64,000 bases of DNA, from NCBI GenBank assembly GCA_009391195.1, contig VEXB01000001.1:20398-84397 (forward strand), read 5' to 3'. Origin of the DNA: SAR202 cluster bacterium AC-647-P02_OGT_505m. GTDB lineage: Bacteria; Chloroflexota; Dehalococcoidia; Lucifugimonadales; UBA826. Every line of letters starts with the position of its first letter. Positions within the stretch are counted from its first letter, which is position 1. Shown here one piece after another: positions 58,214 through 64,000 of this stretch. A program made the position numbers and the translations under genes. The notes beneath the pieces were generated by a model. It was given only the letters and a program-made list of their open reading frames with translations. It was not told where the DNA came from and did no database searches.

Positions 58214-58636
58214 CTACCCCGCATTACCGTAGTAAATATGATCGGGCACTACAATAATCGCAGAGCGCCGGTCCTCTTTCACAGCCTGGTCGAACTCTTC
58301 CCAGTCAGGATGTTCTTTGCCACTGCCTGCCCTATAAACTTCACGTAGGATTAATCTTAGCTCCTCTATAGGCGTAGAATCGGGAGACAATACCTGAGCA
58401 CGGCCTTCTAGCACTGCGTAATCACGCCAGTCACTCCGAGAAACCATCAATGAGCAGTGAGGATTACGTCTTAGGTTCCCTAGCTTGGCGCTACCCGGAG
58501 AAATCGTGAAGGCAACACCATTATTAAGGACGCCCACAGTGACGATACTCATTTGGGCCGCACCGCTCCTACGAAAAGTGGTAAATACCGCCGAATTATT
58601 GAGCGCCACGATTTCCTCTATTTTGTCTAATTGCAT
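58214..58636 (-). CDS. pyridoxamine 5'-phosphate oxidase (PPOX) family, probable F420/FMN-binding split-barrel protein
   Basis: 140 aa. The pattern is AVFTTFRRSGAAQMSIV...NLRRNPHCSL. AAGGAG SD. Confidence 0.78.
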   Translation of the reverse strand: MQLDKIEEIVALNNSAVFTTFRRSGAAQMSIVTVGVLNNGVAFTISPGSAKLGNLRRNPHCSLMVSRSDWRDYAVLEGRAQVLSPDSTPIEELRLILREVYRAGSGKEHPDWEEFDQAVKEDRRSAIIVVPDHIYYGNAG

Positions 58637-58733
58637 TCAATCTCCTTAGCCTATTTTCCCCGACTCTCCATGATAACCAGGCATTTAAGACCCCTCCGTC
58701 ACCTTGCACCTATCAGATATACCGTTACCCACT

Positions 58734-59240
58734 TTACAGTGCTAACACAGGATTTCCAGTTAATTCTTCGTAAGTTTTGTCTGCAATTTCGCCTAGTGCT
58801 GGGTCATTATTGATGAGTATATTTCTCATCTGCTGGGTATATAGTTCCTGACCACAAAGAGAATCTAAAAGTGCTGTGAATCTCCAGTGATAGTAGATAG
58901 GGCTATTTAAAAGCCTACCTAATCTTCTATCAGTAATAATTTGGGTATATCCAATTCTTAGATAAGTCGTGATAGTGTCATATTCTGACTCATTAAAACT
59001 ATCTAGCCCTTCATCTCTTTTTGCCCAAACTTTTGAAGTTTGTTCTTTGGTATACCTATAAAGCTGATACTCCTGTAACAGAGATACCGAAGACATAGAT
59101 AAGTCTCTATCTGCATCTTCGTGAGCTCTATTCAGCGTTTTTCTTTGTAATGTGAATTGCCCCGCTAGAAAAACGGCAACTATTAGCGTGGCTAGCCCTG
59201 TAGCTATCTGTGAAACGGCAACAACGGGTTCCCAATCCAT
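58734..59240 (-). CDS. membrane-anchored hypothetical protein (single N-terminal TM)
   Basis: GGGAGG SD 7 nt upstream. N-terminal TM VAVSQIATGLATLIVAVFLAG. No family recognised. Confidence 0.6.
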   Translation of the reverse strand: MDWEPVVAVSQIATGLATLIVAVFLAGQFTLQRKTLNRAHEDADRDLSMSSVSLLQEYQLYRYTKEQTSKVWAKRDEGLDSFNESEYDTITTYLRIGYTQIITDRRLGRLLNSPIYYHWRFTALLDSLCGQELYTQQMRNILINNDPALGEIADKTYEELTGNPVLAL

Positions 59241-59366
59241 GAAATACCTCCCAAGAATTTATGGAAGGAATAATGCCACAATTACAAAACTCAAGTGGGG
59301 GTATACGGCGGTATTCCCTCACTCAACTCCATGAAATTACTACATATTGGCGAATGGTTTCAGTGG

Positions 59367-59395
59367 TTGACATAAATGGGAATGGGACTTATTCT
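59367..59395 (+). promoter_or_regulatory. putative sigma-70-type promoter
   Basis: TTGACA-N17-TATTCT lies about 118 nt upstream of the TTG start at 59513. Confidence 0.35.
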
Positions 59396-59512
59396 TAGAA
59401 TTATCAGATGAAAGTTACTGACAACCTTGGTTAGGTTTTTACCTTGCCTTAAATAAAGGTAGGCTAATGAATTTTATGCAGGTCTTAAAAAATATAGTGA
59501 GGAATAAATAAA

Positions 59513-59695
59513 TTGAAGCTAACAGCCTATAGTGTGAAATTGAGAAAAACAGTAGAAATTGCTGAACCTAAAATAGTTACCATGAAAAATGGTAGGAAGG
59601 CTGTTCAAGGGGTTGCGGCAGAAGACCCAACTTCAAAGGTATTTAGAATACTTGGACCCAATCAAGTTGCTGAGGTGGAAAAACTTATAGGTTAA
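59513..59695 (+). CDS. 60-aa protein resembling the DUF5679 zinc-ribbon mini-protein family but lacking all four cysteines
   Basis: AYSVKLRK...VTMKNGRKAVQGVAAEDPTSKVFRI compares with the remembered family pattern AYCVKCR...VTMKNGR...G.CP.CGTK.FRI. TTG start with GTGAGGAA SD. Confidence 0.5.
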   Translation: MKLTAYSVKLRKTVEIAEPKIVTMKNGRKAVQGVAAEDPTSKVFRILGPNQVAEVEKLIG

Positions 59696-59928
59696 TTAGT
59701 GAGAAATTGAAATAGCTATCCATAAAAAATAGTAACTCCTGCTGGGCAGGTTATCGCTTCCATAAGCATCTCATATTAACTGATATAGCCTGCTCGGCAC
59801 CCCTACGACGAGACATTTTAAAAATACGGCAAGGTGTGCCTATGATTAATTGATTATTTACTCCAATGAAAGGCTAACTATATATTCCTGAACCACATTA
59901 ACCACATTCTCTCCTTAATTGGGCCTTT

Positions 59929-59976
59929 CCCCCTCTCACGCTATACGATTCTAGTAGAAATGTGGGAGGGGTTTTT
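59929..59976 (+). terminator. hairpin plus T-run (possible intrinsic terminator or ncRNA 3' end)
   Basis: CCCCCTCTCAC-22 nt-GTGGGAGGGG followed by TTTTT. The loop is long, so confidence is modest. Confidence 0.4.
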
Positions 59977-60068
59977 GGGTTTCTGGGTTAATTTTTATAA
60001 CCAGTTCGTCAAGGTTGAAATTGAGGATATAGCAGACTTTTTAGAGAACAACATCGTGGAGGTTGTAA

Positions 60069-60362
60069 ATGAGTCTTAGACAGATAACAAAAATACTTGG
60101 CGTGTCCCATACATTGCTTAGCCTAATGAAGAACGTCAAGCGTGAATGGAGACCTTATTTGAAGGAGCGTTATGAAGGACTTGTAACCAGTCTTCCCGAA
60201 AGTGGTTACACGGAAGCCAAAACAGAAAGTCTGAATAGTAAAAATGATGGAAATACAGTCACGCGTTGGCAGTATGGTGGAGCTGAGGAGGCTCGAACTC
60301 CTGACCCCCTACTTGCAAAGCAGGTGCTCTCCCAGCTGAGCTACAGCCCCACGCGGAAGTAA
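60069..60362 (+). CDS. HTH (XRE-like) ORF whose 3' third is antisense to tRNA-Ala; possibly a gene remnant
   Basis: Strong SD (GGAGG, 7 nt) before ATG 60069. LRQITKILGVSHTLLSLMKN is an HTH. Codons from about 60275 onward are the reverse complement of the tRNA. Confidence 0.25.
   Translation: MSLRQITKILGVSHTLLSLMKNVKREWRPYLKERYEGLVTSLPESGYTEAKTESLNSKNDGNTVTRWQYGGAEEARTPDPLLAKQVLSQLSYSPTRK
60228..60300. repeat. tRNA-Ala 3' end plus downstream flank; partner of the decayed copy at 57844..57912
   Basis: See the entry at 57844..57912. Confidence 0.45.
60275..60350 (-). tRNA. tRNA-Ala (anticodon UGC), CCA encoded
   Basis: The reverse complement reads GGGGCTGTAGCTCAGCTGGGAGAGCACCTGCTTTGCAAGCAGGGGGTCAGGAGTTCGAGCCTCCTCAGCTCCACCA. 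It forms a cloverleaf with a 7-bp acceptor stem, the G3:U70 Ala identity pair, and anticodon loop CTTTGCAAG. Confidence 0.97.
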
Positions 60363-60398
60363 GGAACTGCACATCCTAATAACCAGGATGTTTAACAT

Positions 60399-60433
60399 CA
60401 CCTTAACCTCTGAATAGTAGAAGGAAACCGTAA
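60399..60433 (-). other. 3' arm of the 16S precursor processing stem
   Basis: It is complementary to 62121..62156 in 30 of 33 positions (9 + 12 + 9 bp blocks). Confidence 0.7.
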
Positions 60434-60620
60434 GAGTTCAATAGTTTGCCCCAATGGGGCGGAATAAAACAAAACCAGCAAACTTTCATAAGGAAGGGAT
60501 TCTATATCCAGGAGAGCTCCCCGAATTAATCGGTCATGCTCAATCCCTTCACTATAATTCCCTACATTCGCTGATAGACCTGGGATCCTGTCACCGAAGT
60601 GACATTACCCTGCTCCCTTG

Positions 60621-62120
<1,500 letters not shown>

Positions 62121-62156
62121 TTAACGGTTTCCATCTACTATTCAGCTGTTAAGGTG
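62121..62156 (-). other. 5' arm of the 16S precursor processing stem (contains a boxA-like GCACCTTAACAG)
   Basis: It is complementary to 60399..60433. GCACCTTAACAG (62157..62146 on the minus strand) matches E. coli boxA GCTCTTTAACAA in 9 of 12 positions. Confidence 0.65.
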
Positions 62157-62172
62157 CTATGGGATGAATCCC

Positions 62173-62198
62173 AAAAAAAGTCACGCCAAAGACGCGAC
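62173..62198 (-). terminator. short hairpin plus U7, either the terminator of the upstream isomerase gene or an rRNA leader structure
   Basis: The minus strand reads GTCGCG-tctttgg-CGTGAC-TTTTTTT (6-bp stem with one G-U). Confidence 0.35.
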
Positions 62199-62206
62199 AG
62201 ACATAC

Positions 62207-62235
62207 ATGTTACTTCAGCACTAATCAGGCGTCAA
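62207..62235 (-). promoter_or_regulatory. putative 16S rRNA promoter
   Basis: The minus strand reads TTGACG-N17-TAACAT, preceded by AT-rich ACGAATAAATTG (UP-like). It lies 24 nt downstream of the stop of the preceding gene. Confidence 0.35.
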
Positions 62236-62258
62236 CAACAATTTATTCGTAAACCAGT

Positions 62259-63200
62259 TTAGATAGGCCTTATTGGAGCACCATCAGTTACTTCACTCAA
62301 TATTTGCCGAACATAAGCCACACTCCGTGCATCTTTAGAAATGTGGTCTCCGGTTTGGGTTCCTTCGAGAGCAAAATATCCGTCATAACCAGCGTCGACC
62401 ATAGAATTTATTGCGAATCTATAGTCAATATCCCCATCTGGAATAGGAACCCGAAGAAAGTGCGTCCTATCATGCTCGGGAATATTTACCCGTTGAAGAC
62501 TCTTGCAATGCCAGTATTTAGAATGAGGAGCGAGGGCACTTATAGCCTCTTCCATAGTCTCTTCTGGCTCATCATAATGCCACAAAATATTGCCTAAGTC
62601 AGGATTAGCGAATACGCTAGGACTATCAGTCATCTCAAGAAGCTTTAGAGTTGACTTGCTATTGTCTGCGATGGAATGTTGGTGAACCTCAACAGTAACT
62701 ACTGCACCAATATCACTGGCCCTTTTCCCAGCTTCGTGCAGAATCTCAGCAGTGCGCTCAAAATCCTGTTGGGAAGCCAGTTGGCTAGACCCTGGCTGTA
62801 TAGCCAAGCCAGGAACAGTTGGACCAAGTGTTTTGTTTCTAGCTGGTCCCGAAAGAGCACTATTAACTATATCTACTTCGAGCCACTCAGCTATCTCAAT
62901 AGATTTATACAGCTTATCCCTATTTACTTCCCCTTCTATTGGGGTACACAAAACGCCACCCGCCCTCATAGCTACACATGGTGTCCCGGCATCATCAAGC
63001 CTCTTTCTGATTTCTTTTACTGAGTTTTTCGTGGCTTCATCGCCACCAAACACTTCATATCCCAATTCAATACCATCGAACCCAATCTCTTTGACCTTGG
63101 TCAAAAAATTAGTAAGGGCTGGTTCTGGCATAAGCAGCCACCGATCACCAGCTTCGTATGGATAAACAGTGCTTCTGCGAAACGCATATGCGATTTTCAT
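62259..63200 (-). CDS. sugar phosphate isomerase/epimerase (xylose isomerase-like TIM barrel)
   Basis: 313 aa. GFDGIELG N-terminal strand and a VEVHQHS metal-site pattern typical of the AP endonuclease 2 / xylose isomerase-like family. Confidence 0.82.
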   Translation of the reverse strand: MKIAYAFRRSTVYPYEAGDRWLLMPEPALTNFLTKVKEIGFDGIELGYEVFGGDEATKNSVKEIRKRLDDAGTPCVAMRAGGVLCTPIEGEVNRDKLYKSIEIAEWLEVDIVNSALSGPARNKTLGPTVPGLAIQPGSSQLASQQDFERTAEILHEAGKRASDIGAVVTVEVHQHSIADNSKSTLKLLEMTDSPSVFANPDLGNILWHYDEPEETMEEAISALAPHSKYWHCKSLQRVNIPEHDRTHFLRVPIPDGDIDYRFAINSMVDAGYDGYFALEGTQTGDHISKDARSVAYVRQILSEVTDGAPIRPI

Positions 63201-63228
63201 AACCCGTCCTCCCTAATCACTATGGTTG

Positions 63229-64000
63229 CTAGGCAGCATCCAAACCAAAAGACTTTTCTGCAATATCGACAATGTAATTGCTAATAGAAAGGGACGATGT
63301 GGCTCCAGGTGAAGGTGCATTAAGAACGTGTATAGCATTCTCAGTTTCCGCGATACTGAAGTCTTGCAAAAGCTGGCCATTGCGATCTACAGCCTGAGCT
63401 CGTACCCCGGCTCCTGGATCACCAAGATCGTCCCCAGTTATCTCAGGCATAAGCGTCTGCAATGATTTAACAAAAACACTCTTTACTGCAGATCTGTACT
63501 GTTCATTAAACCCAACTTTCCAATATTTGGCTGACATCTTCCAAAAACCAGGATATGCCAAAGTGCCAAAAGTGTCTCTAAAGCTAAAACTTGTTTTGCT
63601 ATACCCCTCTCTTGCCAACGCAAATACTGCATTGGGGCCGGCCTCGACACTTCCATTTACCCGCCTAGTAAAATGAACGCCAAGGAATGGTAAATCAGGG
63701 TTAGGTACAGGATATATGAGGCCTTTCACCATGTGAGCCTTAGAAGGAATAAGCGAAAAATATTCCCCCCTGAACGGAATAATACGAACCCCTATGTCGA
63801 CTCCCATCATTTTCGCAACTGTGTCTGCGTGAAGCCCGGCACAGTTAAGTATATATTTTGCTGAGATAGTTCCAACAGTCGTGTCCAGGTAAACCAATCC
63901 GTCCCTTCTCTCCATTGACCTCACTTGTGCGCCAGTGAGTAGGTCTCCCCCATTTTCACCAAGCTCACTGGCATAGGCTTGAGAAACTTCCTGATAATCA
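63229..64000 (-). CDS. lhgO: L-2-hydroxyglutarate oxidase/dehydrogenase-like FAD oxidoreductase; N-terminal part lies beyond the right edge (partial)
   Basis: IPFRGEYF, LIYPVPNPDLPFLGVHFT and GPNAV motifs. The frame stays open upstream of the track start (GTG 63924) to base 64000. Confidence 0.78.
   Translation of the reverse strand, partial: DYQEVSQAYASELGENGGDLLTGAQVRSMERRDGLVYLDTTVGTISAKYILNCAGLHADTVAKMMGVDIGVRIIPFRGEYFSLIPSKAHMVKGLIYPVPNPDLPFLGVHFTRRVNGSVEAGPNAVFALAREGYSKTSFSFRDTFGTLAYPGFWKMSAKYWKVGFNEQYRSAVKSVFVKSLQTLMPEITGDDLGDPGAGVRAQAVDRNGQLLQDFSIAETENAIHVLNAPSPGATSSLSISNYIVDIAEKSFGLDAA

Noticed and set aside
57844-60350. An active integrative element, prophage or genomic island at tRNA-Ala
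   Set aside because: No integrase, recombinase, excisionase of recognisable type or structural genes are present, and the flanking repeats are degenerate. It is reported only as a possible ancient relic.
60351-60620. A tRNA-Ile expected in the 16S-tRNA-Ala spacer
   Set aside because: I could not fold a cloverleaf in this spacer. It instead contains the 3' arm of the processing stem.

Overview
This 64 kb window looks chromosomal and is densely coding, with about 58 protein genes, one 16S rRNA gene and one tRNA. Shine-Dalgarno sites of the AGGAG type match the CCUCC tail of the 16S gene. I saw no CRISPR array, transposase, integrase or prophage structural genes. The coding content is catabolic and highly paralogous. 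It holds 4 enolase-superfamily genes (two in tandem), 3 family III (CaiB/BaiF) CoA-transferases, 2 luciferase-like monooxygenases, 3 SDRs and 4 MFS transporters. It also holds a D-aminoacylase, an amidase, a formamidase-family protein, a signal-less GGT, ThDP enzymes, a malate synthase and a NitT/TauT-type ABC importer. This gene content plus the 16S gene suggests a marine Chloroflexota of the SAR202 type, but that is inference and needs a database search. Housekeeping genes are glnS, orn, msrA and plsY. The 16S gene (minus strand, 60621..62120) sits inside a long processing stem. It is followed only by tRNA-Ala(UGC), with no 23S or 5S in the roughly 60 kb downstream, so the rRNA genes appear unlinked. 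The most unusual regions are these: (1) 19.5-24.6 kb, a cluster around a split ComDE/Ppd-like ThDP decarboxylase with a non-canonical TEG cofactor motif; (2) 40.7-44.3 kb, a signal-less DUF1800 / NHL-repeat / DUF1501 operon; (3) 56.3-60.4 kb, an accessory stretch next to tRNA-Ala. Region 3 is bounded by a decayed duplicate of the tRNA 3' end and carries a stand-alone Cas4-like Fe-S nuclease, a cysteine-less derivative of a zinc-ribbon mini-protein, and an HTH ORF that reads antisense through the tRNA. All family calls come from motif recognition by eye and none was verified by search.
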